Position numbers and translations under genes: made by a program. A model generated the notes under the pieces. It ran no database searches. It was not told the DNA's origin and saw only the letters and a program-made list of their open reading frames with translations. DNA of 64,000 nt. It comes from an uncultured Chloroflexia bacterium. Lineage in GTDB: Bacteria; Chloroflexota; Limnocylindria; Limnocylindrales; CSP1-4. Positions 18,853 to 30,245 of this stretch are shown one piece after another (position 1 is the first letter of the stretch; each line of letters opens with the position of its first letter). The DNA lies in contig CAVWLQ010000002.1 of assembly GCA_963755995.1 (NCBI GenBank), positions 129,612-193,611 of the forward strand, in the 5' to 3' direction.

Positions 18853-20274
18853 CTATCCGGCGCCGTCCACCGCCGCGGCGCAGGCGAGGATCGCGGCGGC
18901 CGACCGATCGATGTCGTCCTCGGTCGTGGACCAGCCCGAGACCGAGACCCGCATCGCGGCATGACCGGCCCACGTCGTCCCGCCGAGGAAGAGCGTGCCG
19001 TCGCGCTGGACGGCGTCGATGACGGCGCGCGTCCGGACATCGCCGGCCTCGGCGGGCTCGCCCGCCTGCCCCTCGAAGCGGACGAGGACCTGGTTGAGCA
19101 CCACGTCGTTCAGGATCGCCACCCGCGGCCCCTCGCCCAGCCGCTCGGCCATCCGGCGGGCGAGTGCGCAGTCGCGCTCGATCAGCGCGACGAGGCCGGA
19201 CCGGCCCATCGAACGGAGGGCGGCGAGCACCGCAAACCCGCGGGCGCGACGCGACGACTCCGGCACCCAGTTGTACGGATCGCGCTCGGCCCCCGCCGTC
19301 TCGACGTAGTAGGCGGCGCCCAGGGTCATCGCGGCATGGTGGGCATCGGCGTCGCGCACGAACACGAGGCCGGAGTCGTACGGCACGTTGAGCCACTTGT
19401 GCGCATCGGTCGACCACGAATCGGCGCCCGTGTGACCGCGCATCTGCGACCGGAGCGAGGGCACCGCCGCCGCCCAGATCCCGAAGGCGCCGTCGACGTG
19501 CAGCCACGCGCCGTGCTCATGGGCGATGGCCACGATCTCCTCGAACGGGTCGAACGCCCCGCTGTTCACGTTGCCGGCCTGGGCGCACACGATGGTCGGC
19601 CCGTCGAGGCCCGCGAGCACCTCGCGCAGCGCGTCGGGTCGCATCCGGCCCTGCTCATCGCTGGCGATCCGGCGGACGCCCGTTCCCTCACGGCCCAGCC
19701 CGAGCATCTGGAGCGACGCGTAGACGGTGACGTGCGTGCCCTCGTGGGTCACGACGGTCACGTGCGGAGCACCCTGCAGCCCCTGGCGCTCGACGTCCCA
19801 GCCGAGCTTCGCCAGCACCGCGTGCCGAGCCGCCGCAAGCGCGGTGAAGTTGGCCATCGTGGCGCCGGTCACGAACCCGACGCTCGTGCCCGCCGGCAGC
19901 TCGAGCAGGTCCACCAGCCAGCCGCCGGCGATCTCCTCCGCGACGGCCGCCGCGGGCGACAGGATGTACAGGCCGGCGTTCTGGTCCCACGTGCTGGCCA
20001 GCCAATCGGCCGCGAGCGCCGCAGGCAGCCCGCCACCGACGACGAAGCCGAAGTAGCGCGGCCCGGCGCTCGCGACGAGCCCGGCGTCGGCCGTCGCGGC
20101 CAGCGATTCGACCACCGCCAGCGGGTCCGTCGGGCCGTCCGGGAGCGGACCGCCCATCGCGCTTCGGATCTCGGCAACATCGACCGGGCGCCCGACGGGT
20201 CGTGTCTCGAGGCCCGCCAGGTACGCGGCGGCGATCTCGGCCGTGCGGGCCAGCAATGCGGCTTGATCGGTCAT
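18853..20274 (-). CDS. PLP-dependent group II amino-acid decarboxylase (glutamate/aromatic-L-amino-acid/aspartate-1-decarboxylase PanP-like)
   Basis: 473 aa, PLP-Lys motif STDAHKWLNVPYDSG. Full length and uninterrupted. Confidence 0.85.
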   Translation of the reverse strand: MTDQAALLARTAEIAAAYLAGLETRPVGRPVDVAEIRSAMGGPLPDGPTDPLAVVESLAATADAGLVASAGPRYFGFVVGGGLPAALAADWLASTWDQNAGLYILSPAAAVAEEIAGGWLVDLLELPAGTSVGFVTGATMANFTALAAARHAVLAKLGWDVERQGLQGAPHVTVVTHEGTHVTVYASLQMLGLGREGTGVRRIASDEQGRMRPDALREVLAGLDGPTIVCAQAGNVNSGAFDPFEEIVAIAHEHGAWLHVDGAFGIWAAAVPSLRSQMRGHTGADSWSTDAHKWLNVPYDSGLVFVRDADAHHAAMTLGAAYYVETAGAERDPYNWVPESSRRARGFAVLAALRSMGRSGLVALIERDCALARRMAERLGEGPRVAILNDVVLNQVLVRFEGQAGEPAEAGDVRTRAVIDAVQRDGTLFLGGTTWAGHAAMRVSVSGWSTTEDDIDRSAAAILACAAAVDGAG

Positions 20275-20362
20275 CGGTCCCCTCCTCGTCCCGGCTCGGC
20301 CGAGTCGCGACCTCGTTGGCTCCTGATGCTACCGTGAGCGCAGCCGCGACGAGGACGCTCCG

Positions 20363-20755
20363 ATGGACCACCGTGCCTTCCAATCCTGGCTCGACCGCTA
20401 CATCGATGCCTGGCGACTGCTCGATCCGCTGGCCATCGGCGACCTGTTCAGTCCCGACGTGCGTTACGCCTTCGATCCGTTCAGCGAGGCCGTCGTGGGG
20501 CGCGCGGCGGTCGTCGCGGCCTGGCTGGCCGAGCCCGACGCGCCGGGGTCCTGGGAGGCCGACTACGAGGTCCTCGCCATCGACGGTGACGCCTGCGTCG
20601 CCCACGGCCGGACCCGCTACCTGACCGACGACCGGACCGCGATCGACCGCGAGTTCGCGAATGTCTTCGTGTGCCGGTTCGACGACGACGGCCGATGTCG
20701 CGAGTTCACCGAGTGGTACATGCGAAAGAGACCGGAAGCAATCCCCGACGAATAG
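20363..20755 (+). CDS. SnoaL-like / NTF2-like superfamily protein
   Basis: 130-aa alpha+beta fold signature (WLDRYIDAWR...DVRY...FANVFVCRFDDDGRCREFTEWY). Confidence 0.7.
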   Translation: MDHRAFQSWLDRYIDAWRLLDPLAIGDLFSPDVRYAFDPFSEAVVGRAAVVAAWLAEPDAPGSWEADYEVLAIDGDACVAHGRTRYLTDDRTAIDREFANVFVCRFDDDGRCREFTEWYMRKRPEAIPDE

Positions 20756-20842
20756 GGCGGGCCGCGAGCGATCGGGGGCCGTTCGGAGGTGTACCCTCTG
20801 GCCTCTTCGACCAACCGATACGCGAGCGAGGTGACGCCCGAC

Positions 20843-21694
<852 letters not shown>

Positions 21695-21715
21695 TTCGCG
21701 CTACCATCCCTCGGG

Positions 21716-21743
21716 CTCGACCGTCTGGAGGAGGACGGTCGAG
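21716..21743 (+). terminator. Strong 10-12-bp stem-loop (CTCGACCGTC-tggaggag-GACGGTCGAG) 22 nt after the amidohydrolase stop; terminator or attenuator
   Basis: Perfect inverted repeat seen in the sequence, extendable by GG/CC. No U-tract. Confidence 0.35.
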
Positions 21744-21773
21744 CCGCTTCATTCCCGGCCGGAGGCACGCGCC

Positions 21774-22766
21774 ATGCAGTTCGGCTTCACGCTCAAGCCC
21801 GAGCACACGCTCGAGCGGACGCTGGCCTTGACGCGTCAGGCGGAGGCCGCCGGGTTCGAGTACGGCTGGCTGTTCGACTCGCACGTCCTGTGGCGCGACC
21901 CGTACCCGCTCCTGACGTTGATGGCCGGCGTGACCGAGCGGATGCGCCTCGGGACCTGCGTGACCAACCCGGGCACCCGCGAGCCGACCGTCACGGCGTC
22001 CGTGCTGGCCACCCTCGACGAGATCTCGGGCGGCCGGATGGATCTCGGCATCGGGCGTGGCGACTCGGCCCGGCGCGTCCTCGGCAAGCCGCCGATCACG
22101 ATGGCCAACACGGAGGAGGCGATCCGGGTCATCCGGGCGCTGGTGGCCGGCGAGACGATCGAGTACGAGGGCACGGAGCTGAGCTTCCCGTGGACGACGG
22201 GCTGGACCCTCCCGGTCTGGGTCGCGGGCTACGGGCCGATGGCCCTGGCCATGACCGGCCGGGTCGCGGACGGGCTCATCCTCCAGCTCGGCGATCCGGA
22301 CCTCATCCGCTGGCTCGTCGGCCAGGTCCGCGAGGCCGCCACGGCCGCCGGCCGGGATCCCGCCGCGATCCGCGTGCAGGCTGCCGCGCCGGCCCACGTC
22401 GGCGACATCGCCCTCGGCCGGGAGCGCACCCGGTGGTTCCCGGCGCTGGTCAGCAACCACGTCGTCGACCTGGTCAACAAGTACCCGCGCGAACAGCTGC
22501 CCGAGGCGCTGACCGGGTACGTCTCGGACCGGTCCGGCTACGACTACCACCACCACGCGGAGGTCGGCTCCGCCAACGCGTCGTTCGTCGGGGACGACGT
22601 CACGGACCGGTTCTGCATCCTCGGCGGCGTCGACGACCACGTCGCGAAGCTGCGCGAGCTGGCGGCCGCCGGCGTCGACCAGTTCAACCTGTACCTGATG
22701 AACGGCGACGAGGAAGCGCAGCTGGAGGCCTACGGCCGCGACGTCATCCCGGCCGTCCGCGCCTGA
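21774..22766 (+). CDS. Luciferase-like monooxygenase (LLM) family flavin/F420-dependent oxidoreductase
   Basis: 330-aa TIM-barrel LLM signature (MQFGFTLKPEH...GWLFDSHVLW...LGIGRGDS...GYGPMALAMTGRVADGLIL). Confidence 0.85.
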   Translation: MQFGFTLKPEHTLERTLALTRQAEAAGFEYGWLFDSHVLWRDPYPLLTLMAGVTERMRLGTCVTNPGTREPTVTASVLATLDEISGGRMDLGIGRGDSARRVLGKPPITMANTEEAIRVIRALVAGETIEYEGTELSFPWTTGWTLPVWVAGYGPMALAMTGRVADGLILQLGDPDLIRWLVGQVREAATAAGRDPAAIRVQAAAPAHVGDIALGRERTRWFPALVSNHVVDLVNKYPREQLPEALTGYVSDRSGYDYHHHAEVGSANASFVGDDVTDRFCILGGVDDHVAKLRELAAAGVDQFNLYLMNGDEEAQLEAYGRDVIPAVRA

Positions 22767-22824
22767 CCCGGTCCATCTGCCGCGACCCATTAGCCCGGAG
22801 GTCAGGCTGGCGCCGGCCCGGTCC

Positions 22825-23091
22825 GTGCCTGACGATGAGACCGCATCCGGCGACCGGCTCGCGCGTGGAGAAGAGCGACGGTCGGATCGATGTGGAGGCA
22901 TGGAGATGATCGGTCGACGCCATCGCGATCCCTGGTGGGGCGATGAGGGCAGGGGCGCCAAGCGCACCCGCCGTCGCACCCAGGTCGAGAGCCTGATCGC
23001 CCTGGCCCTGGCCATCGGCGCATGCGGTCTGGCCGCCGCCGTGTGGCTCCGCCAGCTGGCTCCCCTCGCCAACCAGCTCGGCCTCAGCTGA
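22825..23091 (+). CDS. Hypothetical small protein with one TM helix (LIALALAIGACGLAAAVWL)
   Basis: ORF only; sits between the LLM and cupin genes in the same orientation. Confidence 0.3.
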   Translation: MPDDETASGDRLARGEERRSDRCGGMEMIGRRHRDPWWGDEGRGAKRTRRRTQVESLIALALAIGACGLAAAVWLRQLAPLANQLGLS

Positions 23092-23140
23092 CCCGTTCGC
23101 CGGTCTACCATCGGCGGTCAGGGATCGTCGGAGGAGGACG

Positions 23141-23578
23141 GTGATGGATGTTCCCGAGGACTCGCGCCCGGCGGTCGCCACGAACATGGGCCGACCGGGC
23201 TGGACGCTTCTGGCGTCGAGCGGCGTCACGAACGGCGCCTTCGAGCTCTTCCAGGAAGTCAGGGCGACGCTCGGCGGCCCACCCGCGCACGTCCACCGTG
23301 AGCGCGACGAGGCCTTCTACGTGGTCGAGGGTCGGTATGCCTTCACGCGCGACCACGACGAGCTCGTGCTCGAGCCGGGTGGCTTCATCTTCATCCCGCG
23401 TGGGACGCGCCACCGGTACCGGACGCTGGATGCGCCCGCCCGGACGCTGATCCTCATCGTCCCCGCCGGGCTCGAGGGGTTCTTCCGCGAGATGGGCGCG
23501 CGGATCGGCGGTGGCGCATCCGCCCTGGAGGCGATGACCGCCCTCGCGGCGACCTATGATTCCCATCCGGTGGATTGA
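23141..23578 (+). CDS. Cupin domain protein
   Basis: SD GGAGGAGGA before ATG 23141. Cupin motifs HVHRERDEAFYVVEG and GGFIFIPRGTRHRY. Confidence 0.65.
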   Translation: MMDVPEDSRPAVATNMGRPGWTLLASSGVTNGAFELFQEVRATLGGPPAHVHRERDEAFYVVEGRYAFTRDHDELVLEPGGFIFIPRGTRHRYRTLDAPARTLILIVPAGLEGFFREMGARIGGGASALEAMTALAATYDSHPVD

Positions 23579-23618
23579 CACAGTCGGCGAGGATCGATCC
23601 ATCGCGCAGGAGGGACCG

Positions 23619-25014
23619 ATGCGCACGCTGATCACCAACGGGACCATCGTCGGCGCCGACGGCTCGACCGCCGCCGACGTGCTGATCGACGGCGAGACGA
23701 TCGCCCTCATCGGACGGGACCTGGCGGTGACGGTGACCGCCGACGAGACCATCGACGCGACCGGCAAGTACGTGATCCCGGGCGGCATCGACGTCCATAC
23801 CCACATGGAGCTGCCGTTCGGGGGCACGTTCGCCAAGGATACGTTCGAGAGCGGGACGCGCGCCGCTGCCTTCGGCGGGACGACCTCGATCGTGGACTTC
23901 GCCGTCCAGTCGCGTGGCGCCTCGCTGCGCCAGGGTCTCGACGCCTGGCACGCCAAGGCCGAAGGCAATGCCGTCGCCGACTACGGCTTCCACATGATCA
24001 TGAGCGACGTCAACGACGCGACCCTGGCCGAGATGGACGGCCTGGTCGCCGAGGGCGTCCCCGACTTCAAGCTGTTCACGGCCTACCCGGGCGTCTTCTA
24101 CAGCGACGACGGCGCGATCTTCCGGGCGATGCAGCAGACCGCCAAGAACGGCGGGCTGATCATGATGCACGCCGAGAACGGCATGGCCATCGACGTCGTC
24201 GCCGAGCAGACCGTCGCCGCCGGCACGACCGACCCGATCGGGCACGGCCTGGCCCGCAAGGCCGTCTTCGAAGGCGAGGCGACCAACCGGGTGATCCGCC
24301 TGGCCGAAGCCGCCGGGGTCCCCGTCTACATCGTCCACCTCTCCGCGCGGGAGGCCCTGGCCGAGGTCCGGGCGGCCCGCGACCGCGGCGCCAAGGCCTT
24401 CGCCGAGACGTGCCCGCAGTACCTGTTCCTGTCGCTGGACGACCTCGGGCACGGCTTCGACGGGCGCGAAGTTCGTGTGCTCGCCGCCGCTCCGCTCGAA
24501 GGACCAGTGGGAGGACATCTGGTCGGGGCTCGTGACCGACGACCTCCAGATCGTCTCGACCGATCACTGCCCGTTCGACTTCCACGGCCAGAAGGAGCTC
24601 GGCAAGGACGACTTCCGCAAGATCCCGAACGGCCTGCCGGGCGTCGAGGACCGGCTCGACCTGCTCCACGACGGGGGCGTGGTGGCCGGCCGGATCAGTC
24701 GCGAGCGCTGGGTCGAGATCGTGTCCACGGCGCCGGCCCGCATGTTCGGGATGTACCCGCGCAAGGGTGCGGTTGCCATCGGGTCCGACGCCGACCTCGT
24801 CATCTACGACCCGGCACGCAAGCACAAGATCTCCGCAAAGACCCACCACATGGACGTCGACTACTCGTGCTACGAGGGCCGGACCGTCCAGGGCGGCAGC
24901 GACGTCGTGCTGAGCCGCGGCTCGGTGATCGTGCGCGACGGCACGTTCACGGGCCGGAAGGGCCACGGCACGTTCATCCGGCGCGCACCGGCCGACCACG
25001 CCCGGCTGGCCTGA
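23619..25014 (+). pseudogene. Dihydropyrimidinase / D-hydantoinase (cyclic amidohydrolase); frameshift near 24465-24475 (extra G in GACGGGCGCG)
   Basis: N-terminus MRTLITNGTIV...GGIDVHTHMELPFGG in the frame of 23556. C-terminus (VCSPPLRSKDQWEDIWSGL...STDHCPF) in the frame of 24475. Confidence 0.8.
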
Positions 25015-25021
25015 CCGAGCG

Positions 25022-25954
25022 ATGGGCGGCCTGGACGACGGCCGGATCGTCGTCCTCGACGGCGGACTCGCGACCGAGCTCGAGGCGCGCGGGCACGACC
25101 TGTCCGACCGGCTCTGGTCGGCACGTCTGCTGCTGACGGAACCGGACGCGATCGAGGACGTCCATCTCGACTACTTCCGCGCCGGAGCGACGGTCGCCAC
25201 GACGGCCAGCTACCAGGCGACGGTCCCCGGCTTCGCGGCGGCCGGCCTCGACCGGGCGGCCGCCCTCGGTGCCATCCGCGAGAGCGTGACGCTCGCCCAG
25301 CGCGCTCGCGACCGGTACGCCGCGGAGGCCGGCCCTGCCGCCACCGACCTGCTCGTCGCCGGGTCCGTCGGACCGTACGGCGCGATGCTGGCCGACGGCT
25401 CCGAGTACCGCGGCGACTACGATCCGGGTGAGACCGCGCTCCGCGAGGTCCACGCGCCGCGGATCGAGGCGCTGCTGGACGCCGGCGTCGACCTGCTCGC
25501 GTTCGAGACGATCCCGACCGTCCGCGAGGCGGAGGTCCTGGTGAGACTGCTCGACACGTTCGACGCGCGGGCCTGGCTGAGCTATTCATGCCGCGACGGT
25601 TCGTCGACCTCGGCCGGCGAACCGGTCGAGACGGCGATCGCCATGGGCGAGGCGCCCGGGATGGTGGCCGTGGGCATCAACTGCACCGCGCCGCGTTTCC
25701 TGCCGGACCTGTTGGGCGCCGCGTACGGTGCCACGACCCGCCCGCTGCTGGCCTACCCGAACGGCGGGGATCGGTGGGATGCGCCGTCACGGCGGTGGCT
25801 GGCGGACGACGGCGGCTCGTTCGATCCGGCGGTCGTCGCCGGGTGGACGGCCCTGGGCGCGACCTGGCTGGGCGGCTGCTGCGGCACCGGACCGGCCGAG
25901 ATCGCCCGGCTTGCAGCACGCCTGCGCACGGGGGCGACGCCGAGACCGGAATAG
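25022..25954 (+). CDS. mmuM: Homocysteine S-methyltransferase (MmuM/HMT family)
   Basis: Zn-binding GGCCGT motif near the C-terminus; Hcy-binding fold motifs (LDGGLATELE, GINCT). 8 nt downstream of the dihydropyrimidinase. Confidence 0.85.
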   Translation: MGGLDDGRIVVLDGGLATELEARGHDLSDRLWSARLLLTEPDAIEDVHLDYFRAGATVATTASYQATVPGFAAAGLDRAAALGAIRESVTLAQRARDRYAAEAGPAATDLLVAGSVGPYGAMLADGSEYRGDYDPGETALREVHAPRIEALLDAGVDLLAFETIPTVREAEVLVRLLDTFDARAWLSYSCRDGSSTSAGEPVETAIAMGEAPGMVAVGINCTAPRFLPDLLGAAYGATTRPLLAYPNGGDRWDAPSRRWLADDGGSFDPAVVAGWTALGATWLGGCCGTGPAEIARLAARLRTGATPRPE

Positions 25955-26110
25955 ATGGTGCGCCGCAGCACCATGACGCGCGCTCGGGCGTCGCCGAGCG
26001 TTGACCCGGCGCCATCGGCGAGCGTAGGCTCCGGCCATCCCACCGGCCGCATCGCGCGCCACCCGACGTGTCATCCGGCCGTCTGCCAGTTCATCGGAGG
26101 AGACCTGCGC

Positions 26111-29100
26111 ATGAGGCGGATTGCCGTCGCCCTGGCCACGCTGTGCCTGTTGGCCGGGCAGCTCATCTTCGCGGGCGTCGCGACCGGGGCCGACCCGACC
26201 CGATTCACCGCGTCACCACTGACCCCCGACACGACCTTCGTCGGAGCCAAGTCAACGTCCGGAGCGATCGCCGAGAACGATCCAGCGCTCCTCGGCAGGA
26301 CCGACTCGACACCGGTCAACGTGATGATCAAGTACGACTACGACGTGGCCGCCTCCTACACCGGCGGCGTCGACGGTCTCGCCGCGACAAGCCCGCGCAA
26401 GACCGGCAAGACCCTGAAGGCGAATGCCGCAGCGGTCAAGGCCTACACCGACTACACGACCAAGCTGTCCGACAAGATCACCACGCGAGCGCAGAAGGCG
26501 GTCCCCGGCCTCAAGGTCCGCTTCGCCTACGCCGGCGCCTACGGTGGGGTCGAGGCGAGCATCCCGGCCAACCAGATCGGGGCGCTGCTCAAGACCGACG
26601 GCGTCGTCGCCGTCCAGCAGGACACCCTGCAGCAGCCGCTCGATGACAACACCGCGTTCATCGGCGCGACGAAGGTCTGGCCGTCGCTCGGCGGCTCCGC
26701 CAACGCCGGCAGCAACGTCATCGTCGGCGTCATCGACACCGGCGTCTGGCCCGAGCATCCGATGGTCGCCCCGGGCAGCCTCGGCACCGCCCCCGGTGGC
26801 GCGCGCGCCTGCCAGTTCGGCGATGGGTCGGACGTGGCCCACCTCGGCCCGGCCTTCACCTGCAACAACAAGCTCATCGGCGCCTACGCCAAGACGGCCA
26901 CCTACATGGCCACGACCGGAGCCGACGCGAACGAGTTCTGCAACAACACGACCCACCAGTGCTCCGCCCGCGACTCCGAGGGCCATGGCACGCACACCCT
27001 GACCACCGCCGCCGGCGACTGCGTCACGTCCGCCGTCCTGTACGGCGTCGAGCGCGGGCCGGTCTGCGGTATCGCTCCCGGCGCGCACGTGATCATGTAT
27101 CGCGTCTGCCTGGCCGCGGGCTGCGCCACCTCCGACTCCGTGTCGGCCGTCCAGCAGGCCATCACCGACGGCGTCGACGTCATCAACTTCTCCATCTCGG
27201 GCGGCGCCCAGCCGTACAGCGACGCCGTCGAGCTCGCGTTCCTCGATGCCGTCCATGCCGGGATCTCCGTGAATGCCTCTGCCGGCAACTCCGGCCCGGG
27301 CGCGGCGACCTCCGACCATGGCGGACCGTGGGTGACCACGGTCGGCGCCTCGACCGGACCGCGCGAGTTCGGCTCGGTCCTCCACCTCACGGCCGATGGC
27401 GGCGCGTCGCTCGACATCCCGGGCATCACCCTCACGGCGGGCATCTCGAGCCCGACCCCGGTGGTGATGGCCCAGACCTTGCCGGGCGAGGACGCCCTGT
27501 GCCAGTCGACCCTTGCCGCGGGCACGGCGACAGGCAAGATCGTCGCCTGCCAGCGGGGCGTGAACGGCCGCATCGACAAGGGCCGCCGGGTCCTCGCCGG
27601 CGGCGCCGCCGGGATGATCCTGTACAACCCGGTCAAGCAGGACCAGGAGAGCGACAACCACTACCTGCCCGCGATCCACATCGACGGGCCCAGCGCGCCG
27701 TTCACGACCTTCGTCACGACCCATACCAATGTGAAGGCCACCTGGGCGCAGGGGGTCGCACAGCCGGGGCAGGCCGACATGATGGCGGCCTTCTCCTCCC
27801 GCGGTCCGCTCGGCGACTGGATCAAGCCTGACATCACCGCCCCAGGCGTCCAGGTCCTCGCCGGGACGACGCCGCAGCCCGACCAGACCACGGCCGACAA
27901 CGGCCCGGTCGGGAACCTCTATATGGCCATCGCGGGCACCTCGATGTCGAGTCCGCACGCCGCCGGCGTGTCGGCCCTCGTCAAGGCCGCCCATCCCTCG
28001 TGGACCCCGGAACAGATCAAGTCGGCGCTCATGACCTCTTCGGTCCAGAGCGTCGTCAAGGAAGACGGCGTCACGCCGGCCACTCCGTTCGACATGGGCT
28101 CCGGGTCCATCCGGGCCGATCGAGCCGTCAACCCGACGCTCGTCTTCGATGAGACCTACAACGGCTTCGTCGCCGCCGGTGCGGATCCGATCCATCGGAT
28201 CGACCTCAACATCGCCAGCATCGACGCGACGACGATGACCGGCCAGATCACCACCAACCGCACCGCGCTCAACGTGTCCGGCAAGAACCAGTCGCTCCAC
28301 GTGTCGGTCCAGAACCCGGCCGGAGCGCGCATCGTGGTGACCAAGAACGCCCCGGGTCCGAATGGCCCGGGTGCCGGCGCCACGACCCTCAAGGTCAACA
28401 AGGGCAAGACCCTCACCTTCTGGGTCACGATCAGCGCACCGCTGGCCGCCAACGGCCAGTACTTCGGGCGCATCACCCTGACGCCGAAGACGGGCACGCC
28501 GGTGACCATCCCGGTGGCGTTCGTGAAGAAGCAGGGCGCCGTGACTCTGTCCCACAGCTGTGACCCGACGTCCTTCTCTGCCAAGACCGGCGTCAGCCAC
28601 TGCACCGCCAGCGTCTCCAACTTCGGCAGCGTGCCGGCCAACGTCGACCTGACGGTGACCCCGGAGGTCAAGGGCAGTGGCCTCCAGTACGTCAACATCG
28701 CCGCGCCGGCGACCCCGATCGGCACGAAGGACGGCGTCCACTGGAGCGGCACCCTGGCCCAGGCGACCCCGCCGAAGATCGACTCGATCACGGCGGCCCC
28801 GCACGACCAGACACCGGACGGTGGATACCTCGACCTGTCGTTGCTCGGCGTTCCGAACGTCGCCGGCGTCGGTGACGACACCATCAGCAACTTCAACGTG
28901 CCGGGCTTCTTCTATGGCGGCGAGTCGTACACCCGGATCGGCGTCGTGTCGAACGGCTACATCGTCGTCGGCGGCGGCGACAGCAGCGACATCGTCTTCA
29001 CCCCGCAGCATTTCCCGGTCGCGGCACGACCGAACAACGTCCTCGCCCTGTTGTGGACCGATCTCAATCCAGCCGGCGCCGGAGCGATCCGGGTTGCCAC

Positions 29101-29569
29101 GCTGAATGACGGCCCCGGTGGCCATACCTGGATCGTCGTCGACTGGGCCGGCGTCAAGAACTTCGGCAACGCGACGACCCACAGCTTCGAGGCCTGGATC
29201 CAGGTCGCCGGCGGCTCCGTCGGAACCGGCCCGGAAAGCGAGCAGATCACCTACTCGTACGGGGCCAACCTCACCTTCCCAGGTGACGGACCGGGCCTCG
29301 GCAACGCCGGCGTCGGCGATCCCGACTCGGGCGTCAACTGGGGTGCCGAGAACCGTGACGGTTCGAGCGGTGTGAGCATCCCGACCGCGCCGGCCAACGG
29401 CTCGGAGTTCTTTATCAACACGTCGCCTCCCGCCGCCGGTGGGACGCAGACGATCACGTTCGACCTCAAGGGCACCAAGACCGGCGCCTTCGACTCGGTC
29501 GCCGAGATGACGTCCAATATCACCCCAGGCACCACCCAGGTGGTCCAGACGGTCCACGTCACGCGCTGA
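26111..29569 (+). CDS. Secreted subtilisin-like serine protease (S8 family) with I9 propeptide, PA-like insert and about 500-aa C-terminal beta-rich extension
   Basis: Signal peptide MRRIAVALATLCLLAGQLIFA. Catalytic Asp VGVIDTGVWPEHP, His HGTHTLTTAAG, Ser GTSMSSPHAAGVSALV. 1152 aa uninterrupted. Confidence 0.85.
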   Translation: MRRIAVALATLCLLAGQLIFAGVATGADPTRFTASPLTPDTTFVGAKSTSGAIAENDPALLGRTDSTPVNVMIKYDYDVAASYTGGVDGLAATSPRKTGKTLKANAAAVKAYTDYTTKLSDKITTRAQKAVPGLKVRFAYAGAYGGVEASIPANQIGALLKTDGVVAVQQDTLQQPLDDNTAFIGATKVWPSLGGSANAGSNVIVGVIDTGVWPEHPMVAPGSLGTAPGGARACQFGDGSDVAHLGPAFTCNNKLIGAYAKTATYMATTGADANEFCNNTTHQCSARDSEGHGTHTLTTAAGDCVTSAVLYGVERGPVCGIAPGAHVIMYRVCLAAGCATSDSVSAVQQAITDGVDVINFSISGGAQPYSDAVELAFLDAVHAGISVNASAGNSGPGAATSDHGGPWVTTVGASTGPREFGSVLHLTADGGASLDIPGITLTAGISSPTPVVMAQTLPGEDALCQSTLAAGTATGKIVACQRGVNGRIDKGRRVLAGGAAGMILYNPVKQDQESDNHYLPAIHIDGPSAPFTTFVTTHTNVKATWAQGVAQPGQADMMAAFSSRGPLGDWIKPDITAPGVQVLAGTTPQPDQTTADNGPVGNLYMAIAGTSMSSPHAAGVSALVKAAHPSWTPEQIKSALMTSSVQSVVKEDGVTPATPFDMGSGSIRADRAVNPTLVFDETYNGFVAAGADPIHRIDLNIASIDATTMTGQITTNRTALNVSGKNQSLHVSVQNPAGARIVVTKNAPGPNGPGAGATTLKVNKGKTLTFWVTISAPLAANGQYFGRITLTPKTGTPVTIPVAFVKKQGAVTLSHSCDPTSFSAKTGVSHCTASVSNFGSVPANVDLTVTPEVKGSGLQYVNIAAPATPIGTKDGVHWSGTLAQATPPKIDSITAAPHDQTPDGGYLDLSLLGVPNVAGVGDDTISNFNVPGFFYGGESYTRIGVVSNGYIVVGGGDSSDIVFTPQHFPVAARPNNVLALLWTDLNPAGAGAIRVATLNDGPGGHTWIVVDWAGVKNFGNATTHSFEAWIQVAGGSVGTGPESEQITYSYGANLTFPGDGPGLGNAGVGDPDSGVNWGAENRDGSSGVSIPTAPANGSEFFINTSPPAAGGTQTITFDLKGTKTGAFDSVAEMTSNITPGTTQVVQTVHVTR

Positions 29570-29604
29570 CACGGGGCCCGAAAGGGGCCACACGCATGAA
29601 CGAA

Positions 29605-29643
29605 GGAGTCGCCCGACGGGGCGACTCCTTCTTCCTTTCTTGA
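29605..29643 (+). terminator. Rho-independent terminator: GGAGTCGCCC-gacg-GGGCGACTCC followed by TTCTTCCTTTCTT
   Basis: Perfect 10-bp hairpin plus T-rich tract about 36 nt after the protease stop, between convergent genes. Confidence 0.5.
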
Positions 29644-29690
29644 GGCCAGCTTCTGAAAAAGTCTGTGCCCGGGCGGGCCGCCCGGCTCGG

Positions 29691-30119
29691 TCAGACGGTT
29701 TCGGGGCGCCGGGCGAAGATCCGGATGCCCGCGAGGACGATCGCTTCCACGAGAGTCCAGGCGATGAGCGCCACGAGGGCCGCGATGTCGAACACGGAGC
29801 CCTGGTCGGCGGTCACGCGGTTGAGCGAGAACATGCCGAGGAACGGCTCGACGAACGGCTGGGTCACGTTGAAGATGAGCTGGACGACGTCGTTGCCGGG
29901 GTTCGCGACGAGCAGCAGGAGGACGATCCGGAGGATCAGGAGGACCTGCAGGATCCCGAACGCGAAGGTCACGATCCGTGCGGCAAGCGTCGCGCCGCCG
30001 GGTCCGGCCGGCGAATAGGCGGTATCCGTCGTCCGGACGCTCGTCACGGCGGGCGCCGGGGCGACGGACGGGTCGACGGTCTGGGTCTCGCGGGTGGTCG
30101 TTGTCTGATAGTCGGTCAT
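29691..30119 (-). CDS. YggT-family small integral membrane protein
   Basis: C-terminal TM repeat with the ...TQPFVEPF...DIAALVALIAWTL pattern typical of YggT/Ycf19. 142 aa. Confidence 0.5.
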   Translation of the reverse strand: MTDYQTTTTRETQTVDPSVAPAPAVTSVRTTDTAYSPAGPGGATLAARIVTFAFGILQVLLILRIVLLLLVANPGNDVVQLIFNVTQPFVEPFLGMFSLNRVTADQGSVFDIAALVALIAWTLVEAIVLAGIRIFARRPETV

Positions 30120-30245
30120 CGTGCCGAGCCCTCACTAAGGGGTGCCTGGACCCCAAGGCTGGGCTGGGTCGCATCACCCGCGGATGCGACGGCGCGCGGT
30201 CGCCCGTTGCAATCCCGTGTCACCGTCCGCGCGGGACGGGCGGCT

